From NCBI RefSeq assembly GCF_963921235.1, contig NC_086109.1, forward strand, positions 13,704,001-13,768,000: a stretch of DNA of 64,000 nucleotides. Reading direction: 5' to 3'. The translations under genes were made by a program, and so were the position numbers. This document shows, piece after piece, positions 49,676 to 61,218 of this stretch (the first letter of the stretch is position 1; each line of letters starts with the position of its first letter). The DNA comes from Mobula hypostoma. Lineage: Eukaryota. The notes beneath the pieces are model-generated. The model made no database searches, had not been told where the DNA came from, and worked only from the letters and a program-made list of their open reading frames with translations.

Positions 49676-50670
49676 CACTGGCCAACAAATTTTTTCAAAA
49701 GTGTTGCTTCCTCAGAATGTTTTTTGTTTATGATAGGCTGCTTGAAGATGAACAAAAATATAAGTTCAGACTACTTGTATCACGTAGGAATTTGGAGAAA
49801 CAACCAATTAACTTTTATTGAATATAATGTGTTGAATTGCATTATGGTGCTGATGCTTTGCAATAGTTCAACTAAGTTAAAAGTATTTTGTTAATGATTT
49901 TCATTTGTACTCGGTGTCTGAGGCTTCTCGCTTAAGTGTCCAACAATAATTCACCAGCATTGATGGATTCCAGTTGCCCTGGTATCTTTTCTCCATGACC
50001 ACAATGTCCTGGTGAAACCTTTCACCGTGCTCGTCACTAACAACACCAAGATTTGCAGGGAAGAGGTGTAAATGGGAATGCAGAAAATGAACCTTTAGTG
50101 ACATGTTGCATTTCATGCTTTTATATGCTTGAAGCATGCTTTCAACCAGCTACATGTAGTTTGGTGCTCTGTAGATGCCGAGAAAAATTTCAACAACTTC
50201 CTTGAATGCCTTCCATGTGATTTTCTCCGGTCCCACTAGAAATTCTTCAAATTGTCTGTCATTGATGACCTGCTTGATTTGTGGACCAACAAAAATGCCT
50301 TCCTTAATCTTGGCATCAGTTATTCTAGGAAGCATCTGTCTCAAATATCAAAATCCTTCATAGAAATTTTTGTGCCTGGTGATAGCAAATTCCATCCTTA
50401 CAGTCCTAAGCACAATAATTATTACTAAAACCTGTCCTGCCATGCAGTAGCCGCACAGCCCAAGCATGCCTGGACAAGATAGGAAACTTTCCAGCTTACA
50501 TTGTAGGTAACATTTTAATTGACTTGAATTATAAATTGAAATAATAAGCATAAGTTTATTAAAAATGGTGCATGATAGGGAAAATTCATGGTGATTTTCA
50601 TGAACAGTAGCCGAAAATTCTTAAGATACACCTAAAGGTATTCAGGAAGCAAAATCTTTGTTTTTCAGTG
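49676..50670 (-). mobile_element. Chapaev3 non-autonomous DNA transposon, copy 2
   Basis: CACTG...CAGTG termini, TSD TAA on both sides; ORFs KIKEGIFVGPQIKQ and SLKVHFLHSHL..FP.NLG.VSDEHGERFHQDI..MEKRYQG. Confidence 0.87.
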
Positions 50671-50748
50671 TAATTTTTGCTCTGCAGCTGACCTGCAATC
50701 CCTGCTCTGTAATTCCTTCTTGTTCTGACTGCTCATCTTTTTTTTTCC

Positions 50749-50786
50749 CAGTCCTGATGAAGGGTCTCAGCCCGAAACGTCAACTG
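50749..50786 (+). ncRNA. Minimal type-I hammerhead ribozyme motif, intact core (in short repeat 50749-50868)
   Basis: CAGTC-CTGATGA-a-GGGT(ctca)GCCC-GAAAC-GTC-aACTG. Confidence 0.75.
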
Positions 50787-51046
50787 TTCACTCTTTTCCA
50801 TAGATGCTGCCTGACTTGTTGAGTTCTTCCAGCATTTTGTGTGTTTTGCTCTGGATTTTCTCGTGTTTGCAAGTCCCTCTGTGATCACTAGAGGGCGCCA
50901 TTGTCATATTTAAATTATAATCAATTGTGCCTCTCACACCCAGGGCCTGAATGAATCTCTCTGACGTGATTGTCTGACTGGAAAACAAAGAGGAAAGAAT
51001 TGCAGCTGATTTTTGAATAATGTGTTGTGATGCCCCATATGAGTAT

Positions 51047-51499
51047 CAGACATCCCACCCTGCAAAACCTCATTTCAGGGAGGTAGCACCATCAATTTGT
51101 GGGAGACTCCGAGAGAGGTGGGATGTCTGCAATAGAGTAGCTCCTTAGCAGCTAGCCAGCTAGTTTAAATAACGCTAGCTATGCTAATGAACGAATGACA
51201 CCTGTTAAACTCACCTTAACATGTCTTTTACAGTCTTAACCCACCATGAGCAATAGCAGCGAGCAACACTATCATTATTTTAACCCCTATTATGCAAGGG
51301 TACACTTTACTGTAGTCTGGGGTGAAGTACATTTTATATTTTCTCTTTTTGGAACACTCTGCTATCGCACTCTCTTTCTCTCTCACTCGCTCTCAAAAAA
51401 AATCGATTTCCGGGATATTGTATATAATTTGCGGGCATCAGGGAGCCGCTATCAATATGCAAGAGACTCCCGTAACTTCCGGAAGAGGTGGGATGTCTG
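51047..51499. mobile_element. 453-bp non-autonomous DNA transposon with 13-bp TIRs and 6-bp TSD
   Basis: TIR CAGACATCCCACC / GGTGGGATGTCTG; TSD GAGTAT at 51041-51046 and 51500-51505; extra internal right TIR at 51117-51129. Confidence 0.88.
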
Positions 51500-53267
51500 G
51501 AGTATTGCTCTACAAAATGCAGTATCTTTTGGAACAAGAGATCGCAGTATATGAATGTCTTCACCCTGGAAGTTCTGTGCATCTCAGAACTATTTCCAAG
51601 GGAGTTACAATGTGCAGGGAGCCACATCTGTCCATACAATCACCAGGCTTCATGCACATTGACCTTCTCCCCTGGTAAGGCACAAATAGATTGAGAAGCC
51701 TTACATTTACAGCCCCGTGCAAAAGTCTTGGGCACATATATATAGCTAGAGTGTCTAAGAGTTCTGCACGGTACTGTATTTGTCAACGTGGAGCAGAGAG
51801 TTAGTTTGCAAATCTGGCCGGAGCAAACGATGTTGGGAATGGTGAGGGTGGGAGGGGTGGGGGGCAGGTGGCAGAGAAGAAGTGCCAGGGGTAGGGTGTT
51901 GCCACAGGTGCTGACACACCCAGCCCTGAGTCATCAGGTAAGGTAATTTGATTCAAAGCAGTTGGATAATTGATCATTAAAGAATGTCTCTCTGGTGCTT
52001 CCCAGTCCCTCACCTCTCCCTTCCCTTTCTTCCCAACCATGACTCCCCTCTCCCTGACCTCTTCCCACTCTCAGTCCACAACAGAAACCCATATCAGAAT
52101 CAAGTTTATCATCACTCACATACAACATGAAATTTGCTTTTTTTCGCGGCAGCAGTACAGCGCAATACATAAAATTACTACAGTACTGAGCGAAAGTATA
52201 AGGCATGAGGTAACAAACAGTAGTGGACACAGCCCAGTCCATCACAGCCTAATCTATCATCAAAGATCCTCAACATCTGCTGCCGCTAGGCAGGAGGTAC
52301 AGACACTTGAAGTCCAAAGCCACTAGATTCAAGAACCGCTATTATCGGACAACCAGCAGGCTCATGAAGCAACCTGCACAACTCCAACCCTATCCCAGCA
52401 AAAGAACATTACAGACCGCCTACTGTATTACCATGGGCTCGTTATGGGTTTTTTTATCTGCAGAAAGGCCTTGTTGTTAACCATCTGTATTTTTTCTTTC
52501 TCCTCACTATCTGATATAATTTATGTATTTTGTTATATGTACCTATGTAGTGTGAAGCTGCTGCAAACAAGTTTTTCATCTCATCTGTACCTCATATAGC
52601 AATAAACTTGACTTGACGGTAGGTAGAAGGAGCGAAGAATGAATTGAGGAATTCACCTCGACTCCAAATTGTACATGGCTCTGACCAGCCAACCTTTCAC
52701 CTTCATGCAACTCCTGCGAATGCTGCACACAACATTTTTCTGGCTGCCCTTTTCATTTACAAGATTTAATACTTCAGTTCAAAAAAAAAGTTCACATGCG
52801 TAAAAAGAAACGGTTAGATCGTAATCCATGGAAAGGTTGGTGACATTTTTCCGGTTTACAGTCAATACATTTGATGTACTTTATACAGCCTCATTTAAAA
52901 ACATTAGTGATTGGAATTGGTTTACTATTGTCACCTGTATCAAGATACATGGGCGGAGGGGTGGAGGTAAGCCACTACCAAAGAAGGTGTGAGATGCTCC
53001 TTCCCTCCACTCGCCTGCAGGTCACCCTTGGGCAAGGTGTAGCACCGGCTTAGCCCCCTAATCAGGGTGAGGTCATGGGAGCAGGTGGGGGGTGGTTGTA
53101 TCAGCAGCTGGTGCATATCACAAGTCCTGGTTTTTACAACCACTGACAACAGGCAGACAATCTCTGAAGAGTATTGATCATGGCTGGCGTCACCCACCTT
53201 GTAAAGACACTGCCCAGAAGAAGACAATGGCAAACTGCTTCTGTAGAAAAATTTGCCAAGAACAATC

Positions 53268-53902
53268 ATAAGACCATAAGACAAAGGAGCAGAAGCCGGC
53301 CATTCGGCCCATTGAGTCTGCTCTGCCATTTTATCATGAGCTGATCCATTCTTCCATTTAGTCCCACTCCCTGCTTTCTCACCATAACCTTTGATGTCCT
53401 GGCTACTCAGATACCTATCAATCTCTGCCTTAAATACACCCAATGACTTGGCCTCCACTGTCGCCTGTGGCAACAAATTCCATAGATTCACCACCCTCTG
53501 GCTAAAAAAATTTCTTCGCATCTCTGTTCTGAATGGGCGCCCTTCAATCCTTAAGTCATGCCTTCTCGTACTAGACTCCCCCATCATGGGAAACAGCTTT
53601 GCCACATCCACTCTGTCCATACCTTTCAACATTCGAAATGTTTCTATGAGGTCCCCCTCATGCTTCTAAACTCCAAGGAATACAGTCCAAGAGCGGACAA
53701 ACGCTCCTCATATGTTAACCCTTTCATTCCCGGAATCATTCTAGTGAATCTTCTCTGTACCCTCTACAATGTCAGCACATCCTTTCTTAAATAAGGAGAC
53801 CAAAACTGCCCACAGTACTCCAAGTAAGGTCTCACCAGCACCTTATAGAGCCTCAACATCACATCCCTGCTCCTAGACTCTATTCCTCTAGAAATGAATG
53901 CC
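53268..53902 (-). mobile_element. CR1 LINE 3' fragment
   Basis: MLKGMDRVDV..LFP...TR.HDLRI...FRTEMRRNFFSQRVVNLWNLLP; accataag tail repeats. Confidence 0.92.
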
Positions 53903-54039
53903 ATGGAAAGACCAAGCTCACCCACGTGATACCACACGGCACATAAGGAACGAGCAAACAGAGATACAGTGAAGAACTTGTCTTACATACTGTCCATACA
54001 GATCAGGTGCTTATGGCATACAAGAATGCAAGAGAACAC

Positions 54040-55640
54040 CTAGGAAAGAAATCAGGAAGGCTAAAAGAAAGCATGAAGTTGCTCGAGCAGACAAGGTGAA
54101 GCAGAATGCTAAGAGATTCTACAGATATGTTGGGAGCAAAAAGATTGTAAGGGACAATATTGGTCCTCTGGAAGATCAGAATGGTAATACATGTGTGAGG
54201 CCAAATCAGATAGGGGAGATCTTAAATGCATTCTTTGCATCTGTATTTATTTGAGAGATGGAAAGAGTCTATCGTGAGGCAAAGTGGCATCAACTTCAAG
54301 GACCCTGTGCAAATTACAGAGGAGGAGTTGTTTGCTGTCTTGAGGCAAATCAGCATGGATAAATCCCCATGGCCTGACAAGCTGCTCCTTCAGACTCTGC
54401 AGGAAGCAAGTGCAGAAATTGCCGGGGCCATAGCAGGTATACTTAAAACATCCTTAGTGACAGGACAGGATTGGAGGATAGTCAATGTTGCTCCACGGTT
54501 TAAAAAATGCTCGAAACATAAGGCAGGAAATTATAGGTTGGTGAGTCTGACATCAGGTGTGGGAACGTTATTTGGAGGGTACTCTCAGGGACCGGATATA
54601 TAAGTATTTGGATAGCTATGGACTGATTAACGATAGTCAGCATGGCTTCATGTGTGGTAGGTCATGTCTAACCAATCTTACTGAGTTTTTTGTGGAAGTT
54701 AACAGGAAAGTAGATGAAAGTGGTGTCACAGTTAGATAGGGTCGTAAAGAAAGCTTCTGCCACATTGGCTTTTATAAATCAATGTATTGAGTACAGGAGA
54801 TGGGATGTTAGGTTGAAGTTGTATAAGATGTTGGTAAGGCCTAATTTGGAGTATTGTATGCAGTTTTGGTCACCTACCTGCAGGAAAGATGTAACAAGGT
54901 TGAAAGAGTGCAAAGAAAATTTACAAGGATACTGCTGGGTCCGAAGGATCTGAGTTGGAAGGAAAGATTGAAAAGGTTAGGTCTGTATTCTTTAGAACAT
55001 AGAAAATTGAGAGGAGATTTGATAGCGATATATAGACAGGATAAACACAATATACTCTGCAGATGCTGGGGTCAAAGCAGCACTCACAACACGCTGGAGG
55101 AAATCAGCAGGTCAGGCAGCATCCGTGGAAAAGATCGGTCGACGTTTCGGGCCGGAACCCTTTGTCAGGACTGAAGGGGGAAGGGGCAGAGGCCCTATAA
55201 AGAAGGTGGGGGGAGGGTGGGAAGGAGAAGGATCTTCAGTCCTGACGAAGGGTTCCGGCCCGAAATGTTAACTGATCGTTTCCACGGATGCTGCCCGACC
55301 TGCTGAGTTCCTCCAGCGTGTTATGAGTGTAGACAGGATAAATGCAAGCAGGCTTTTCCCACTGAGGTTGGATGGGACTACAAGCTGAGGTCAGGGGTTA
55401 AGGGTGAAAGGTGAGAAGCTTAAGGGGAACATGAGGGGAAACTCCTTCACTCAGAGGGTCGTGAGGGTGTGGAATGAGCTGCCAGCACAAGAGATGCGTG
55501 CAAGCTTGATTTCAATGCTTAAGGGAGGTTTGGATAGGTACATGAACGGTAGGGTTATGGAGGGCTACGGTCGATGGGAATAGGCAGATTAAATGGTTCC
55601 AGTGTGGACTAGATGGGCCGAAGGTCAAGTTTCCATGTTG
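54040..55640 (+). mobile_element. CR1 LINE ORF2 remnant (internally deleted), interrupted at 55046-55329
   Basis: DKSP.PD, GNYR.VSLTS, SQHGF..GRSCLTNL.EFF, LVRPNLEYC.QFWSP, LRGDLI motifs. Confidence 0.9.
55046..55329. mobile_element. Head-to-head inverted pair of Penelope terminal fragments
   Basis: 13-bp TSD TAGACAGGATAAA (55033-55045 and 55330-55342); arms 55081-55176 and 55234-55329 are reverse complements; same subfamily as 41174-41329. Confidence 0.88.
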
Positions 55641-58256
55641 TATTTCTCTATAACTCTCTACCTCTGATCCTCCCCCAATAAGGGCTGGCTCATGGACCTC
55701 TGGTTTCCTCCTGCTGAAGTCAACTCCCTGGTCTTACTGACGTTGAATAAAAGGTTGTTGATGTGGCACCTCCCAGCCAGATTTGAAAGGATGTGAGTCT
55801 CGAAGAGAACGATGTATCTCTGCAATTTCTTTATCCGCGACTGTTGTGGGCGCTAGATCAGTGTGGGTGTTTACAAGGTGGTAGAGAAAGTTTTGAAAGG
55901 TCGGGAAATTGAGGGCTGTGGGAAACTGGGCGCAGGGGAGGCGTTGACAGTGGAGATCGGTATGAATCATGTTGGGTTGCGAGAGGGGGCTGGTGGCGTT
56001 CTCTCTTGTTCTGATTTTCTCGGTTTCTTCTCGTGCACTGCAGCCATCTGTAGGAGCCTTCTATGTACAAGTGGGTGACTGTGTTTTACTGCAATAGCTA
56101 ATGAAAGAGACGCTTTAAAAGAGATAGACAAACAAGCAGGGAAAGGAGGGATATGGATCATGTACAAGCTGAGGGGAATAGTTATCCTGGTCGACACAGA
56201 TATCACGGGATGAAGGGGCTGTTCCCATGCTGTTCTGCTCCAGCTTCGGTGGCCCCACTTTATTAGGTACACCTGTGTGTTGATGCAAATATCTAATCAG
56301 CCCATCATGTGGCAGCAACTCAATGCATAAAAGCATGCAAGCATGGTCAAGAGGTTCAGTTGTTCACTCCAAACATCAGAATGGGGAAGAAATGTGATCT
56401 AAGTGTCTTTGATCTGTTGGTGCCAGATGGGGTGGTTTGAGTATCTTAGAAACTGCAGATCTCCTGGGATTTTCATTGCACAAAGGTCTCTAGATTTTAC
56501 AGCGAATAGTGCAAAAAAAAACCCAGAAGGAAACACTCTGTGAGTGGCAGCTTTGTGGGCAAAAATGCCCTGTTAATGAGAGGATCAGAGGAGAATGGCC
56601 AGACTAGTTCAAGTTGACAGGAAGGCGACAGTAACTCAGATAAGCACCGTTACAGCAGCGGTGTGCAGAAGAGCATCTCCGAACGCACAACACATGAAAC
56701 GTCAAAGTGAATGGCCTACAGCTGCAGAAGACCACAAACATACACTCAGTGTACCTTCATTAGGTACAGGCCACTGCGTGTAAATTTCATGTCCAAAAGC
56801 TAAGCTCTGAGAACGTAAGGTTTTCAGTAGATATCAACAAAGACATGAAAACAGAACAGATCCTGGAGCAACTTTGACCAAACTGAAAGGTGGTGTGACC
56901 CTGGGGGGAGTTAAAAAAACTAGCTTGTCCCTCTTTCTAATCTTCCATTGTTTCTAAGTGATTACAAACAGTAATCCTTAAAATCTTTGAGAACAATGCT
57001 GGAAATCCTGTGCACAAAGCAGCCAGTAATTGGTTACGTCTCCTGAGTTGAGAGTAATGGCTTTGTAGATTGTGAGCATATTAAAATTGAGGAAACTTGG
57101 ACAGGCACAAAATGGAAAGTATAGTTGGAGAAAGCTCCATTGTACAAGTGAGTTAATCATTTGCTTGTAAATTTTATTATTTTTAATATATTTCTCTACA
57201 CATAACAAGATAATTGAATATTAGCAGTTCAGGAACAGCTTCTTCCTCTCTGCCATGTGATTTCTGAATGGACATTGAACCCATGAACACTACCTCACTA
57301 TTTTTTCCTGTGTTTCCACTATTTATTTAATTTAACTATTTATTGGGTGTAATTTACTGGGTATTGCGCAAGTCATTGGGTGTATTTAAGGCAGAGATAG
57401 ATAGGTTCTTGATTAGCCAGGGCATCAACGGGTATGGGGTGAAAGCAGGGGAGTGGGGATGACTGGATAAAGTGGATCAGCCCATGATTGAATGGCAGAG
57501 CAGACTCAATGGGCCAAATGGCCTACTTCTGCTCCTAAATCTTATGGCCTAATGGTCTTATTTAATATACACATATATAGTTACTGTAATTTACAGTGTT
57601 TTTAATATACAGTATTATCATGTATCGCATTGTTCTGCTGCTGCTAGGTTAACAAATTTCACGACATATGCTGGTGATATTAAAGCTGGTTCTGATTCTT
57701 ATTCTAAATATCAGGTAAAAGAGCTGTTCTTATTTCACACAACCTGTCAGAGTATCAAGGGCTTTCTGGCGTCACGGCAGCATAACGGTTAGCGCAACAC
57801 TATTGCAACTTGGCGTTCCAGGGTTCAGAGTTCAATTCTGGCGCCGTCTGAAGGAGTCTGTACAACCTCCCTGTGGAATACGTGGGTGCTCCAGTTTCTT
57901 CCCACAGTCCAAAGACACCTGGATAGGTTAATCGGTAAATTGGCTATTAGGTTAGAGTTAATCAGGTTCGTCAGGAATTGCTGGGGTGGTGTACCTCAAA
58001 GGGCCTGTATCAGTAAAGAAAGTAAGTAACACGCAGCCCGACAGGAAAGCAGCATCCATCGTCAAGGACTCCCAGCATCCAGGCCATGCTCTCTTCTCAC
58101 TGCTGCCTTAGGTGCAGGAACGCCAAGATCCTTCAGCCATCAGGCTCTTGAATTAGAGGGGATAACTTCACTCAGAAGCAGAATCAGAATCACGTTTAAT
58201 ATCATCATGTCGTGAAATCTGTTGTCTTTGCGGCAGCAGCACAATGCAATTCATAA

Positions 58257-58409
58257 TGGCTTCTCTGTAATGTTAACTGCTGAGGCTAATGTAGTGGCTT
58301 CTCTGTAATGTTAACTGCTGAGGCTAATGTAGTGGCTTCTCTGTAATGTTAACTACCGAGGTAATGATTTCTTTGTAATGCTAACTGCTGAGGTAATGGT
58401 TTCTCTGTA
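58257..58409. repeat. 38-bp tandem repeat (two full units, then shorter variants), possibly the start of an LTR-like element extending to about 58700
   Basis: unit tggcttctctgtaatgttaactgctgaggctaatgtag starting at 58257, 58295 and 58333. Confidence 0.8.
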
Positions 58410-59145
58410 GCAGAAATGTTTGGGTTATGACTAGAGATAACGGGACTTTGGAATTCAGTGGCTATCCAATGGGAGAGATGTTATTCTTTCTTGTGTGACT
58501 GGGAGCCGGAGTTTTCGCGGGTTTTCGTCGAGGAGAGAGGAGGAGGAAGGAAGCGTGTGGAGAGCGCTGGTAGACCACTGGATGGTGTATACTGGGATCC
58601 GAAGGTCCGAGGGTCGGTGATGTTCGGCGGAGGTCGATGGTGGAGGAATGCCTACTGAGTGAGCTCCAACTGATACTGTGACTTTAATTTGGGCCGTTTT
58701 TTAGCCATCCCCTCATTTTTCACCTCCCGTGCTTTGAGAAGAAGTAGCTGGGTCAGCTACAACAACAACTTCTAAAAAAAGCAGTTAGATAGGTACATGG
58801 ATCGGAAAGGTTTTAAAGGTTTTGGGCCAAACACTGGCAGGTTGGACAAGCTTGAATAGGGCATCTTTTCAGCATGGACCAGGTGAGCCAAAGAGCAGTA
58901 CAGTATGATTCTATGAGTCTATGACTCTGATTTTTCTTTCCTTTGGTACCTTGGGTTCTGTTGTGTCAAAAACATTAATTAAATGGAGGTTGTTATTGTT
59001 GTGCTTCAGACCACAGGTAACAGACATTTGCCCTTACGGAATTTGCAGATCAGTATCAAAGCTCTGGGATTCAGAATTAAAATTTACTCTTTATGCGACA
59101 AATGATAGCTAAGTAAATGCACAATGTGAAACAAACTACAAGTTT

Positions 59146-59281
59146 GTCCTGAAGAAGAGTCTTGACCCGAAACGTCAACTGTCTGTCCATTTCCATAGAT
59201 GCTGCCTGACCTGCTGAGCTCCTCCAGCATTTTGTGTGTGTTGCTCTGGATTTCCAGCACCTGCAGAATCTCTTGTGTTTA
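59146..59281 (+). mobile_element. Penelope-derived short repeat with intact hammerhead core boxes
   Basis: gtc-CTGAAGA-a-gagtcttgaccc-GAAAC-GTC-aactg plus the conserved tail. Confidence 0.78.
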
Positions 59282-60027
59282 TAAACCAGAGGTTTTGTCA
59301 ATGCTTATCAAGGGTTCCTGTTATGGAAAACTGTGAAGGGGATGGTGTTCCTGGAACACGGTCCCTCTGTAAAACAGGAGTCAGGAGTGTGCCAGTTGTG
59401 GAGATGTAACCCCAGACAATGAATCTGAAACACAAATACTAAAAGTTACTGCGACCACTCAGTGCGTCACACAGCAGTAATAAAGGGAAGGGAGAGGTGA
59501 CCAGGAATCAACATTTTCACCCTAACCATCCATACTGCCCCAGTCCCAGAAGTCCCATATCCAAACCCAATTAATAATGTAAGTCATTGATGGCTCAAGA
59601 GACAGCTGATGCCAGAAAATAGAGCAAATAAACAAAATGCTGGAGGAACTAACTAGTCAGGCAGCAAATACTAAACATGAGAGATTCTGCAGATGCTAGA
59701 AATTCAAAACAACACACACAAATGCTGGAGGAACTCAGCAGGTGAGGCAGCATCTATGGAAATGAATAAACACAAATAAACCTTCTAGGTATCCTCCGTG
59801 CATTCCCCCCCCTCCCACTTTTTTATTCTGGTATCTCCCCAACTTCCTTCTCAAAGTTCAATGTAAATTTATTATCAGAGTTCATACATGTCACCACGTA
59901 CAACCCCGAGATTCTTTTTCAGTGGTCTTTCTTTTTCTCAGTCCTGAAGAAGAACCTCAGCCCACAACGTCAACTGTTCATTCGTTGCTATAGATGCTGC
60001 CTGACCTGCTGAGTTCCTCCAGCATTT

Positions 60028-60066
60028 TGTGTGTGTGTGTGTGAGTGTGTGTGTGTGTGTATGTGT
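60028..60066. repeat. (TG)n microsatellite, imperfect
   Basis: direct reading; expanded from the ttttgtgtgtg tail of the hammerhead repeat. Confidence 0.9.
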
Positions 60067-61218
60067 TTGTTGCTTCGGTCGGGCAGCATCTGTGGAGGAA
60101 GAGGGATGGTTGACGTCTCAGGTCAGGACTGTGGATGCCGAGGGGAGAGAGCCTACATAGGTGAGAGGTGTTCCTGCAGAGGAGAGTACCAAACCAGAGT
60201 CTGAGAACTGGGCACCATCTCCAGGAAGTGGATGTGAGAGAGGCAACCTGGTTCAAAAGTCTGACAGCAGTGGGGAAGAAGATGGCTCTGGAGTGTGGAT
60301 GTCCAAGCTTTCAAGCTTCTGTATCTTCTGCCAGGAAGTAAAAGGGAGAAAAAGGAATAGCCAGAGTGGCAGACATCTTGCAGGCCTTCCCGAAGAAGAT
60401 GGGAGAAAGTAAAATAGAGCAGAATGATTTTGAAAGCACTTTGAGAATCAGGCAACCTTGAAGAGTTTGCAGTGTATAAACAGATCAAGGGTCAACATTT
60501 TGTCAAAGCAACCCTTTATTAAAATAGGCTCCAATTCAATAGCAATGAAAGCTTTGCCACATGATATGATTTCTCTATTTGTATTTCCAAATGATTTATG
60601 GAGAAACTGAACGATTTTATTCATAAATTGTCATAAATAGAGACGAAAGCTCAGAAAGACACACAGAGATAAGAGATATTAGTAACACCTGTTATTCCCT
60701 GATAGTCACAATTCCAAAGCAATTGTTTTCACAGAAAATAGGTAGCTGTTACTCTATTTGGATCTGTGGTTTGTTAAAGGATAGCAGACTTTTGAAGGAG
60801 TAATCTTCTGTTGTAAGAGACATCTATCAGCAACCTTATTATTGCTGTGAATTGTAACAGCAGCAGAGATCCCACGGTATAGATAAGGTTGTTATTTCCA
60901 ATGCAGATTTAAAGTAGGTTTTGCACAATTGCCAGAGTGCTTGACATGAACAATGAGCAGCTTTGAAGAGTAATCACTAGTGTAAGGTTGCAAATATGAC
61001 AAATTGTATTGCCCAGAGCAAGGCCCTAGATGGAATGTTGTAATAATAACCTGGTTCTACCAAAACTTGATCTTTTTGTGTTTTTATTCCTCTGAGCGGG
61101 GATAGTTGAAAAGAATTGATGGGGACATACAACACCATTGATCACATCTACATGGAGCGCTGTCGCAGGAAAGCAGCATTGGTTATCAGGGAGACCCCAC
61201 TACCCAGGCCATGCTCTC

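Noticed and set aside
42626..50670. Single composite transposon bounded by the two Chapaev3 copies
   Set aside because: Each copy has its own TSD and the outer ends are the same (left) end, which indicates independent insertions
52940..53632. 230-aa ORF as a gene
   Set aside because: Chimeric read-through from a CR1 3' end into an adjacent short retroposon
58257..58409. Tandem repeat as a CRISPR-like array
   Set aside because: Units are contiguous with no unique spacers; eukaryotic context; no cas genes
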